From assembly GCA_049517415.1 (NCBI GenBank), contig JBEKSC010000018.1, forward strand, positions 1-58,192: a DNA stretch of 58,192 nt, written 5' to 3'. The stretch is from Candidatus Bathyarchaeia archaeon (GTDB taxonomy: Archaea > Thermoproteota > Bathyarchaeia > 40CM-2-53-6). Below, in pieces: positions 30,185 to 39,350 of this stretch (position 1 is its first letter; every line of letters starts with the position of its first letter). The position numbers and the translations under genes were made by a program. The notes beneath the pieces are model-generated. The model did not search any database and was not told the DNA's origin. It saw only the letters and a program-made list of their open reading frames with translations.

Positions 30185-30592
30185 GGCGTTGCGCCCGATG
30201 GTTGCGGTTGTTGCTGTATCGGCTGTTGGTGAGAAATTACTACGGGCAAAGTAAAAGTAATCGATATTTCCTATTGAATTACCATCTGGCTACCAAAAGG
30301 GCCAGACGCAACGATTCCTGCCGATTTAAGCTTAACCGTGCAGAATCAGCCTCTGATTGGCGTCGACACTCACAACTCATACAAATTAACACCCAATTAC
30401 ATTAGACGGTTAGTGGAGTTATTAGAACACTAGACTAGCTATCGGTACAGTATACCTTTGTGTACTCAATGGAATAGAAGTATACAGACATCGTGTAGGA
30501 CAACCTTAGTAACGATAAAGGGTTGGTTTTAGGCCGTTTTTGGGTACCCATAAGGGTGTTAGATAGTCCCTGAATACGGTTTAGGTTAATGG

Positions 30593-31501
30593 TTATTGAC
30601 CGAGCACATGTTTTTCGTTCGTAAGGCGATTCCATATGTTGCGGCGCCCCGTTGCACCTCGCATGATTGGGTGGTCTCTGCTGTAATAGGTCGGTAATGG
30701 TGTTTGTTGGGGTAATTTTGTTGAATGGAAGTTGCGTTTCAGTGATTCTTTCAGCCATGCGCTGAGAGTCTTCCTCAGTTTCGTTTCAATATTTTTGGGG
30801 AGTTGTTCTCCAGGCTTCAGGTCGTAACCTAACTGGTATACTCTGAGACCAAGTCGCTTGATCCGCCATAGGATTTTGTCATTCTCACTCGTGGAAGCGG
30901 GTATGAGTCCAAGCTTACGCTTTTCTTCAAGCTCATGAGCTACGTCCGGCGCCATGGTTTTGTGAGTGTGTGGGATTCTCTCTGCTTTTGCTGTGAAACC
31001 GAATGTCGGCTGAATTAGAATTTTGATAGCGTTAGGAAAAGAATTTCTGAAATTTGCTTCCCAATTCTCCACGCTGAGCAGTTTGGGAACGTCAGTTGCC
31101 TTTACCCTGAGGAATCGTCGCATTACGTCTCTATCGAAAACCCAAGCTTTGTTCCATCGGTACCCTAAGTTGTAGTTCTTCAGTTCAACAGCCATAATCG
31201 GTACATTGGTCCAACTAGGAGGTATTCCTTCCCAATCTGATTCGGTCCAGATTTTGTGGCAAAGAACCAAATCGGGTTGCCTGTATGTTATTATCCTCTC
31301 GCCCTCATCGTCGGTGTAGCTAGACTTAGGCACTTGACTATTCCAGAAAAGATAGATAGTGCCATGACCGACCCAGACCTTGCCAAAATTGGTGGACTCT
31401 TCTTTGCCTGGCGTGCGCATCTGCAACTGCAGAATTTTCAGAAAGGTCTGATATGTTGCCTCTTCGAGGGTAAGTCCCTTTAACTGCTTATATGATGGCA
31501 T
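30593..31501 (-). CDS. Putative PD-(D/E)XK nuclease
   Basis: G..LEE...QPDLVL...AVELKNY. Confidence 0.62.
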   Translation of the reverse strand: MPSYKQLKGLTLEEATYQTFLKILQLQMRTPGKEESTNFGKVWVGHGTIYLFWNSQVPKSSYTDDEGERIITYRQPDLVLCHKIWTESDWEGIPPSWTNVPIMAVELKNYNLGYRWNKAWVFDRDVMRRFLRVKATDVPKLLSVENWEANFRNSFPNAIKILIQPTFGFTAKAERIPHTHKTMAPDVAHELEEKRKLGLIPASTSENDKILWRIKRLGLRVYQLGYDLKPGEQLPKNIETKLRKTLSAWLKESLKRNFHSTKLPQQTPLPTYYSRDHPIMRGATGRRNIWNRLTNEKHVLGQ

Positions 31502-31721
31502 AGTTGAGAACTGGCTTGTAGACTAAATTAGGTTAAGTTATCCATACCGAGCTGGAGCGAATTAGCGGGACTCCAAATGTGGGTGCCGAGGCAGTACGAC
31601 TATTCCCACCTTGTAGGCGTGGCCGAAAGCCGACAATAAGCAAACGGATCTGAGCTGAGTTAATGTAAGGCAGGTCAAGAACCGGGAATCAGTCATATGC
31701 AAGTAAAGCTAATTTGGGGGC

Positions 31722-32447
31722 GTGAGGCGTAAGATGGCAAACAACCCGAAGACGAGTTTCGATTACGTAGCAGAAATCCGCAGCGTTTGGAAAATTGCCT
31801 CCGATGCGATATCACTTCAATTCACTTATGACCCGACTCTCGGATTCGCAAGGACGACGAGAAAACGGGTACGTGACGGGGGCATTATGGCCGAGGTGAG
31901 CGCGCCAGATACAAATGACTACGAGACTATTGTTTTCCACGAGGGGGCTCATGTCTATTTAATGACATTGAACTATCCCGCCGTGTTAATCGAGCGGAGC
32001 CCCACCTCTATGTTCGACTGCTACGACTTTCTCAATGAATACTATACAATCACGCTTGAGCTGGAGAAGACGGACTCAAATAAGCAGGCCCGAGCAGCGA
32101 CAGTCAAGAAACGCATGATGGACATTCTCAACACGAAGTGGATTCTATTTGAACGTACGGCTTACAATGCAGCAGTGTACATTCGTGTCTTAGAGGACCT
32201 GGGAGAGCCCAACCAAGACCTTAGAGATTTACTTTTCAAAAAGATATGTGATTGGAAAGGACCAGAGGCACTGTCCGTCTTTAGATCGTTATTCTTCGAG
32301 GTCTTGAAGATATTAGAAGCTGCCCCCAGAATCCAGAACCGAAGATTCAGTGACATCGAAGCCGCAGAAATAACTGAGTTGTTAAATCGTGCATGCAGTA
32401 TAGTGTATCAAGGAACATGCAAGCTGATGCCCCCCGACCTAGTTTGA
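31722..32447 (+). CDS. HEXXH zinc-metallopeptidase-like protein
   Basis: TIVFHEGAHVYL plus downstream NEY. Confidence 0.6.
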   Translation: MRRKMANNPKTSFDYVAEIRSVWKIASDAISLQFTYDPTLGFARTTRKRVRDGGIMAEVSAPDTNDYETIVFHEGAHVYLMTLNYPAVLIERSPTSMFDCYDFLNEYYTITLELEKTDSNKQARAATVKKRMMDILNTKWILFERTAYNAAVYIRVLEDLGEPNQDLRDLLFKKICDWKGPEALSVFRSLFFEVLKILEAAPRIQNRRFSDIEAAEITELLNRACSIVYQGTCKLMPPDLV

Positions 32448-32836
32448 GGTGTAATATAATTCGGTACTATCTTAGGTGATGAAATAAGATTACTTCCCAA
32501 CCGTAAGAGGCACCGAGAATTCGGACATACTACGGCTTGTTGACTCGCCCTGCAACAGGTCTTTCTATGCTTGAGCGTTGGTCAAGCGTAACTTGGATAA
32601 ACCTGCTCAACATTGCCTTTGGAATCTACACCCAACAAGGCTAATCCTAACTTATCAAAAACCTTAGAGTCAATATCCTTAGCCGACCGTAAGGTCGTAA
32701 CCATCGCTACTTGGTCGTACCGTAGGCTAATGCTTCCGCTAATTGTCCTATGCCCCTCGTAACATCATCCCGTGGGGTTTTCAGTTCTAGAGCCGTCTTC
32801 CAGCCTTCGCCAGGAACCTCGCCGTCTATCGCCACA

Positions 32837-33076
32837 TTACCTAATCTTATCGAACGCATCTGCTATCCAACAAAAGCATAAGGCCAGAAGAGGCAAGCCG
32901 AATATCCACACAACACTGATGAGATTCTGTGTCGAATCGTCAGGTCGGTTTGGGGAGTAACTCCAAGTGCCAAGGAACATAATCCCGAAAGCCCAGATGA
33001 AAAAAAATAAAGCCACGGCTGCTCCCTTCCAGGTCCATTTGATTTCTACGTCTCGTCCCAACGAGTTAACCGGCAA
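32837..33076 (-). CDS. Small 2-TM membrane protein
   Basis: Two hydrophobic helices. Confidence 0.55.
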   Translation of the reverse strand: MPVNSLGRDVEIKWTWKGAAVALFFFIWAFGIMFLGTWSYSPNRPDDSTQNLISVVWIFGLPLLALCFCWIADAFDKIR

Positions 33077-33354
33077 AGAATGAGCTCATTCAATAAAATT
33101 AAACTATTCACATTCGCTAGTCCAAATCTCACTTTCCTCGCTTACAGATACTAGTTGGCATTCTCCACAATCAGATAACCAGAGGATGACGGTGTGGTCT
33201 AACAGTCAGTGAATTGTGAAAGTAGAATTACTTAAAGTGGGAGAGAAGGCTGAAGCTAATTGTCGGATATGTTATGCTACAAGAAATCGTGGCACTAAGC
33301 TCTTAGCTCTCTCGTAAGATTGCTTAACAATAAGTTCATAGCGATTTATTGGGT

Positions 33355-34659
33355 TCACTTGCTCATTTTCCAGAGGCCTAATATAATGCTGAAAAATCCG
33401 AATACAAGTCCAGCCTGCATCCACCAGGTAAAGGAGGGTGGCGAGGAGGGAAGATACGGAAACTGTTGGTAATTGAGCTGATAAAAATACTCCTGCCCAT
33501 ACCAGCCGATAGCTACGACCAAGACCAAAGCTATGCCAGCAAGTAATTGACTAATCCCTTTATCCCAATCCCATATAGACCTCTTTTTCTGCATGTGTAT
33601 CGCTGGTTGAAGCGTAGTCTTCTGAAGTGGGCTAACCCGTCCTTCTTCGACAGGAACGGAACGGCTCACCAATACTCCTTGACCACGAGTAGGAGGTGGT
33701 TCAGGAATTCTCTGGTCAACGCTACGCTTTATTGGTGGTCTTCTGCTGCTCCGTGTTAGCATAAGGAACATGATTCCACCTAATATTCCAAACTCCAGAG
33801 CTGTTAGAGTCACAAACTCAATTGAACTAAGTCCAAACTGCGTGTACGGTGGGACTACGTAGGTCTGATATGTCGTGGAAGAATAGACTATGCTACTGTA
33901 TTGCGTCCCCAAGGATTGATTTGTAATTTGCAGCTGAGAAGTACTATAGCTGCACAATTGCTGAGAGCCGTGCCCGTTTGCCTCCAAAGAGCATGATGTT
34001 ATTGTGGAAGAGATAGTGTTTGTCGAAAACGAAGTATACGCATAGGGTGAAGTGGATGAAACAACCCCCACATCAGAAGTTACCTGCCCCACTGACGGGT
34101 AGACAAGATAGAGCGAGGTGGCTACTGCAATTACGAGGACCAGCAGCAGCAAGAGGAGCGCCATTCTTGGTTTCAATACGACAAATGCCGTCAAAAGAGC
34201 CAGAATGCCGATCACCACAACAGCCAGTGTGGTAAACAAACCGTCGGTTAATCCGAGAGCAGCAGACGCAGGCACAAGGCTTGTTGAACTCTCCGTCCCT
34301 AAACTAGTCGCTGTGTAATTTGATGTCAGCTGATAAGAAGTTGTGCGTGTGCTCCATATCACGTTAAAAGTGGTGCCCGTTGCATATTCGGTATTATAAA
34401 CGAAGCCGCCACCACAAAGCAATTGCCAGCAATTCGGTTCATAGTATTCAGCATTAACTCCTATGATGTACGTAGTTGTCGTTAGACTGTCACTCAATTC
34501 ATCGACAGTAGTCGGAATAGTTGCAACCTGAAGTAGAATGGATTGCTGAGTTATCGTCTGGGTTGTGCTCATAGGAACTTCTTGGTAGGCGAGACCTGCG
34601 AACGCTAAGATTGCCACTGCGAGAAGTAGACCTGTAACCATAGCCGGTTTTGGTATCAC
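33355..34659 (-). CDS. Multi-TM protein with two tandem S/T-rich extracellular modules
   Basis: Two units of TM, Thr-rich Cys-pair region and VP....GL...F..L...GIL TM; two more TMs at C-terminus. Confidence 0.75.
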   Translation of the reverse strand: MIPKPAMVTGLLLAVAILAFAGLAYQEVPMSTTQTITQQSILLQVATIPTTVDELSDSLTTTTYIIGVNAEYYEPNCWQLLCGGGFVYNTEYATGTTFNVIWSTRTTSYQLTSNYTATSLGTESSTSLVPASAALGLTDGLFTTLAVVVIGILALLTAFVVLKPRMALLLLLLVLVIAVATSLYLVYPSVGQVTSDVGVVSSTSPYAYTSFSTNTISSTITSCSLEANGHGSQQLCSYSTSQLQITNQSLGTQYSSIVYSSTTYQTYVVPPYTQFGLSSIEFVTLTALEFGILGGIMFLMLTRSSRRPPIKRSVDQRIPEPPPTRGQGVLVSRSVPVEEGRVSPLQKTTLQPAIHMQKKRSIWDWDKGISQLLAGIALVLVVAIGWYGQEYFYQLNYQQFPYLPSSPPSFTWWMQAGLVFGFFSIILGLWKMSK

Positions 34660-34846
34660 TGGATTTAACCAGCGAACTATAATGCAACTCGGTGCGTTTG
34701 GAATTAATTCTTTTCTATATGTTTGCTAATCATCGAACGGCTAAAGCCGCCTTACTCGGTAACTTAAGCCGTTAACTTATTTCTGGTTTAGCCGAACTCG
34801 TCCCCTGATTTAATTAAGCCTAATCTGAGCAACCGTTCTGTGCTAG

Positions 34847-36130
34847 TTACTTTCTTCGTTTCTTAACCTTGACTCTACCAACTTTCTTCAGTTGCTTAGC
34901 TTTTCGTCTAACAACCTTCCCTGAGGGGAGCTTTAGCTTCGGTTTAGGTGCTTCTACGGATGGTTCGGGCTGCAAGTTCTTACTAATGTATAACTGGTTA
35001 ATGTGTTCCCTCGTGTACTTGTTACTGCCACATTGAGGACATTTGAAGTGGTCTAAATCATCTTCCGGCCCCAACTGATAGCCGCACCTATCGCAGGTTA
35101 CAAGGTACATACCTAACTTCTGGGTTACGAGGTTCGTCAAGCCTTTTACCATCGATTCTAACTCTTCGATCTTCCTGTCTCTAGCCTCAAGTTCCGTTGT
35201 TGTTGCTACGCTAGGGCCGTAAATTACTTTAATTCGATTCCACAGCCAACTTTCATCGCGATAGCATTTGTTATAATTTTGCGCATCGAGTCGGTGGCCG
35301 AGGAAGAATTCACTTACGCTATCGTTCACGTCCAAGTGGGTGCAGTAAGTTTTGAACGTGTCCCGTAGTTCATGTAGGCTAGGCTTAGTGCCATTGAATG
35401 GCGGAATTGGAGCCCTAACTAATGCGGTTCGCCAAGCGCCTTCAAGGGCTGCTTTAGCGGTAACGTAATGTTGAACATTCAATGGTGCCCCCATCTTCCC
35501 TGACTTCTTAACAGTCCGGAACGGTAACTGCACGCCTGAATTCAATATGTCCCTAAGAACCGTTAACGGAATTAGACTATAGAATTTCTTCCTGTTACTT
35601 TTACGGCCGAGAAAGCCGACCCTGAAATATTCCTGAGTCGGATTAGCTTGAATGAACGCTCTAATGGCCGCCCATGATTCGTCACTGTTGAATTGGAGGA
35701 ATTGGGTTAACCCCCAGCCGTTCAGAAGCATGAGCCGCAAAATCAAATTGAAGGGCTTACTTGCCGAATTACATACGGCTTCGGCCTGCTGCCAAGTCAG
35801 GCCCGTTTCTTCCTTAACGTTACCGGGCAAACCAAGTTTAGGTTCAGGTAAATTGAGGATGCCGTTATACTCTAACCAGGATTTCAAAGAGTACATGGCA
35901 TGGTTGCGGCCCCGTTCCCCATGCCTCACCCCGTTCTGGTCCACACGCACAATGCTGCCTGCAAGCTGCTTAGCTTTCACCCACAATTCAACGGGGTTAG
36001 CTTTAGCTGCCGCCACAACGTCGCTAGATGACATCTCCATTAATTTGAGTAGACGCTTAAGGTAAGCTGAGTAAGTTATTCGAGTGGATTCTTTAAGGGA
36101 TTGACGCCATAATTCGAATGTGTCAGTCAT
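34847..36130 (-). CDS. Tyrosine recombinase/integrase with C-terminal zinc ribbon
   Basis: KESTRITY..YL N-domain; LHELRDTF, FFLGH, YNKCY; CDRC/CPQC tail. Confidence 0.88.
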   Translation of the reverse strand: MTDTFELWRQSLKESTRITYSAYLKRLLKLMEMSSSDVVAAAKANPVELWVKAKQLAGSIVRVDQNGVRHGERGRNHAMYSLKSWLEYNGILNLPEPKLGLPGNVKEETGLTWQQAEAVCNSASKPFNLILRLMLLNGWGLTQFLQFNSDESWAAIRAFIQANPTQEYFRVGFLGRKSNRKKFYSLIPLTVLRDILNSGVQLPFRTVKKSGKMGAPLNVQHYVTAKAALEGAWRTALVRAPIPPFNGTKPSLHELRDTFKTYCTHLDVNDSVSEFFLGHRLDAQNYNKCYRDESWLWNRIKVIYGPSVATTTELEARDRKIEELESMVKGLTNLVTQKLGMYLVTCDRCGYQLGPEDDLDHFKCPQCGSNKYTREHINQLYISKNLQPEPSVEAPKPKLKLPSGKVVRRKAKQLKKVGRVKVKKRRK

Positions 36131-36471
36131 GCGTAAACCCTCTGTAGGGGAGTAGAGGGCTTTTCTCCCTCTACCTCTAAGAATTCCTCAATCGAATGGT
36201 TGACTTTGCGGATTAATTCACTATGATGTTTATAGTGGCATCCGCAAGTGCATTTTGGCCGTAAAGCTACCCGACATTTTCCACGGCATTTATGTTCTAC
36301 AGGTACAGGGCTAACCCACGGCTGTTCAACGGCCTCCGATCTTACTTGGCCCAAAAAACTTAGGGGCATGGGGGATACTATTGGCTCCGAGGACACGGTC
36401 ATCCTTGGAGCTAGGAACCTAGAGCCGTCAACGCTCAAAGTTCCATCCTTTGTGTTAAGGACTGATTTCAA
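36127..36471 (-). CDS. Cys/His-rich small protein coupled to the integrase
   Basis: HKCRGKCRVALRPKCTCGCHYKHH; ATGA overlap with integrase. Confidence 0.65.
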   Translation of the reverse strand: MKSVLNTKDGTLSVDGSRFLAPRMTVSSEPIVSPMPLSFLGQVRSEAVEQPWVSPVPVEHKCRGKCRVALRPKCTCGCHYKHHSELIRKVNHSIEEFLEVEGEKPSTPLQRVYA

Positions 36472-36490
36472 GGCTCTAACTGCCTCAAAA

Positions 36491-36520
36491 CCCCCGTTAG
36501 AACGAGGGGTAACTTAAAGG
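36491..36520 (-). promoter_or_regulatory. Putative integrase-operon promoter and operator
   Basis: TTTAAG TATA-like box (minus, 36513-36518) next to imperfect inverted repeat CCCCCGTT-AG-AACGAGGGG. Confidence 0.45.
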
Positions 36521-36524
36521 TTCT

Positions 36525-36538
36525 TAGACCACATGTTC
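36525..36538 (+). repeat. attR core TAGACCACATGTTC
   Basis: Identical to 25726-25739; followed in frame by CAA ATA GGA TTC AAA GGC TAA. Confidence 0.9.
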
Positions 36539-36555
36539 CAAATAGGATTCAAAGG

Positions 36556-37527
36556 CTAACCGTACTTCGATATGACTGAGGCCAGAGTTTTCAGTGAAAC
36601 GTTCCCGCCACTCACAACCAAGACAACCTTCTCCCCGGCCTTAGGATGGACTTTCTCAAGTAGTGCCGCTATAACCGCGGCCGCTGAAGGTTCGATTGCC
36701 AAGTGACAATCATTCAGGGCGGTGAAAACTGCTTTCTCAATCTGTTCTTCACTTACTAGGATTATATCGTCGACGTAGCGTTTGACTATTTCGTAAGTTA
36801 GCGAACCGGGCTCACGTGTGGCAAGCCCGTCAGCGATCGAAGTTGTGTCGGAGAGGCGTGTGATTTTGCCGCTTCTAACTGATTGGTACATGGAAGATGC
36901 CTTCTCCGGTTCAACGCCCAGCACCTTCACACTTGGTTTGAGGCCTTTGATTGCAGTGGCAATTCCTGAGATGAGGCCGCCCCCACCGATGGGTACGATC
37001 ACCATGTTTACGTCGGGTAGGTCCTCGCAAATTTCCAGGCCGGCGGTTCCTTGCCCAGCGATAATCTCTGGGTCGTCGAAGGGTGGGATAGGGATGGCTC
37101 CGGTGGCCTTCTGAATTTCCAACGCTTTCTCGAAGCGTTCATCGTGGAAGAGCCCGTGCTTGACGACCGTAGCGCCGTATTCTTCGATCGCCTTAACCTT
37201 CTCCTCCACTGCGTTCGTTGGAACGACAATGGTCGCGTGTGTGCCGGTCAATTTCGCGAGGTATGATACGGCTAGGCCGTGGTTGCCCGAGGAGGCGGCG
37301 ATTAAGCCGTGTTTGCGCTCGTCCGGGCTTAGTTGAAGGATTTTGTTGGCTGCGCCGCGGATTTTGAAGACTCGGATTGGTTGGTAGGATTCGAGTTTCA
37401 GGTAGACCTTCGCGTCAGTTAGCGCGCTTAACCGGGGCGAGAGGTAGAGTGGCGTGCGGTACGCGACGTTTACGATGCGGGCTTTTGCGGCTTGAATCTC
37501 TTTGAGAGTAACTAGTCGGTTGCTCAT
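36556..37527 (-). CDS. ilvA: Threonine/serine ammonia-lyase (PLP-dependent)
   Basis: LKLE..Q....FKIRGA, SSGNHG, GGGGLISG, SGGN. Confidence 0.93.
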   Translation of the reverse strand: MSNRLVTLKEIQAAKARIVNVAYRTPLYLSPRLSALTDAKVYLKLESYQPIRVFKIRGAANKILQLSPDERKHGLIAASSGNHGLAVSYLAKLTGTHATIVVPTNAVEEKVKAIEEYGATVVKHGLFHDERFEKALEIQKATGAIPIPPFDDPEIIAGQGTAGLEICEDLPDVNMVIVPIGGGGLISGIATAIKGLKPSVKVLGVEPEKASSMYQSVRSGKITRLSDTTSIADGLATREPGSLTYEIVKRYVDDIILVSEEQIEKAVFTALNDCHLAIEPSAAAVIAALLEKVHPKAGEKVVLVVSGGNVSLKTLASVISKYG

Positions 37528-37964
37528 GGTCCCGTGGACCTTTTGTTGGTCGTGGATGCGGCGACCGAGGGTTTCCCTTTACCGAAGTAGCTTTGGACGC
37601 GTGGCTGCATAAGATAATAGATTATCACCAAGTTCAGAACCAGCGCTATGGCCTCACCCACACGAGCCCTCATGAATAATGTAAGCGTCGAAAAAACAAG
37701 GCCAATCACAGCAAAGATCAGGGAACCAATCCAAGCCCAACCTTTCCCCTTCCACAACCCATAAGCAAGAAGGAACTCGACGAAAGCGAAAACAACCAAA
37801 CCCAACCCGGAAAACGGCGCAAAGAACCTCACATGCGGAAACATTTCCGGTAGAACAAAACTAACGAAGGCCACGATAAAGGCCCCTAGGAGTTCGAGAA
37901 TCCCCAAGAGAATCTGTAGTACGACTAAGAGTGTGATGCCAAATGGGCGAGTTGTGTGTAGCAA
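37524..37964 (-). CDS. Conserved 4-TM membrane protein
   Basis: RPFGITLL...YGLWKGKGWAW...IYYLMQPRVQSYF. Confidence 0.8.
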   Translation of the reverse strand: MLHTTRPFGITLLVVLQILLGILELLGAFIVAFVSFVLPEMFPHVRFFAPFSGLGLVVFAFVEFLLAYGLWKGKGWAWIGSLIFAVIGLVFSTLTLFMRARVGEAIALVLNLVIIYYLMQPRVQSYFGKGKPSVAASTTNKRSTGP

Positions 37965-38279
37965 TGCGAATCAGCCTATTTGCCTGCTTTGCCTTGCTGG
38001 GACAAAAGCTGCCTAATCTGTTCAGCAAGCTTCTTCCGTTCAGCCTCGTCCTTCGAAGACATCCACTGCAACTTCAGGTAGAAAACATCCTTGTCCTTTG
38101 AAGGCATTAGCGTCGCCTGAAACTAGTACACATTGAGTGGCGCAACAGTTCGGGAATGCGAAATATAACTTTAGACCGACGGCGCCACGCTTGGCTTCAA
38201 GCAGAGGTGTTTGAACAATTATTTGTACGTCCCGTAACCGTGCGGCTATATTCCGGCCTGGCCGTGGTGGCCTCACGTG

Positions 38280-38567
38280 CTAGTCTTTCACTGTGGCGAC
38301 GAATTCGTTTAGCATCATTGCTGGAAGCGTAGTAATCTCTATGGTTCCCCTTGAACCAAGTTCCACTGAAACCTTGACCACCGTTTTGTTGTCTGGTGCG
38401 TCGACGATGTTAACGAAATCATAGGCACCGAGCGTAGCGTATTGTGAGAGAACTTTTACTCCGAATTTTTCGATTTCTTTATTGACCTCTTGGATGCGCC
38501 CTGGATTCTCGCGAACTGTCTTCCGGCCTTCGGCTGTCAACTTCGAAAGCAGAATGTAAACTGCCAA
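38280..38567 (-). CDS. GYD-domain protein
   Basis: YATLGAYDFVNIVDAPD. Confidence 0.9.
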   Translation of the reverse strand: MAVYILLSKLTAEGRKTVRENPGRIQEVNKEIEKFGVKVLSQYATLGAYDFVNIVDAPDNKTVVKVSVELGSRGTIEITTLPAMMLNEFVATVKD

Positions 38568-38629
38568 GCTATCTCCCTGCCTACAAATTGCGCCCAGCGC
38601 ATTTGGAGCTTTCTATCCCCAGCAAATCT

Positions 38630-39073
38630 CTACTTCAAGTTTTTCCGCATTGCAACCGCAGACGCACACATGTCTCCAAACTCAACCGACGCCTTAACAG
38701 CTTCGTCAACATCTTTCCGGTCAACGACAGCGAAACCGAGGCCGCCAAAATAAGACTCAGCGTTATCGGTTAGCAAGTAGACTGTTTTGATATTTTTCGC
38801 CTGAGCGCTCCTGAGACCCGCGGCCACTAAAGCTCGGCCCTGGCCCATGCCCCTAAACCGCGCATCAACTGCAACGGATCTCAATAGACCGCTCTTACCG
38901 TAAACCTCAAGCCCAGCCGTGCCAACCCAAGAACCGTTCTTGTCTTCGGCGACGACGAAATTCTCAACACATTTGTCGACCCCAGACAACGGCAACCCGT
39001 TGTCCTCAAGGAAACGGGAAATTCTTGCCACCTCGCCCTTCATGGCGGGCCTAATTTGGACATCGGCTAACAT
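38630..39073 (-). CDS. arsN2: GNAT acetyltransferase, ArsN2-like
   Basis: GLE.YG..GLLRSVAV...RG.G.G, YLLT..AE.YF, S.EF...CASA; near the ars genes. Confidence 0.85.
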   Translation of the reverse strand: MLADVQIRPAMKGEVARISRFLEDNGLPLSGVDKCVENFVVAEDKNGSWVGTAGLEVYGKSGLLRSVAVDARFRGMGQGRALVAAGLRSAQAKNIKTVYLLTDNAESYFGGLGFAVVDRKDVDEAVKASVEFGDMCASAVAMRKNLK

Positions 39074-39350
39074 GGCTAAGTCAGGCTTTGTTCTCTTCAC
39101 TTGAATGAAAATCATTCGAAGATGCGACAACGCAAGGCGTTCAGTGTGTCACACAGGAATTCGAAGCGGCATTAGAGTATGGATACTTGTCCAAGAACCT
39201 CGCAAACCAAGCCCTGAAGCAAATGGATTCGCTAATTCAGATCCGAATAATCCCAAGCAAGCTACGCGGCTTCTAAGCCGACATACATTCCATTAATTGT
39301 TTCCTCCGCAGAGTCTGAATACGAATCTGTCCATGACGTTGACTGTCTTT

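Larger units (their letters stand above)
25726..36538. mobile_element. 10.8-kb integrative element inserted in the Lrp/AsnC gene
   Basis: 14-bp direct repeat at both ends; tyrosine integrase beside right end; AT/TA-richer composition; displaced gene tail found after right repeat. Confidence 0.9.

Noticed and set aside
25746..34846. Integron cassette array
   Set aside because: No recurring attC-like repeat found between genes, the integrase lacks an evident IntI insertion, and cargo lies downstream of it within att repeats.
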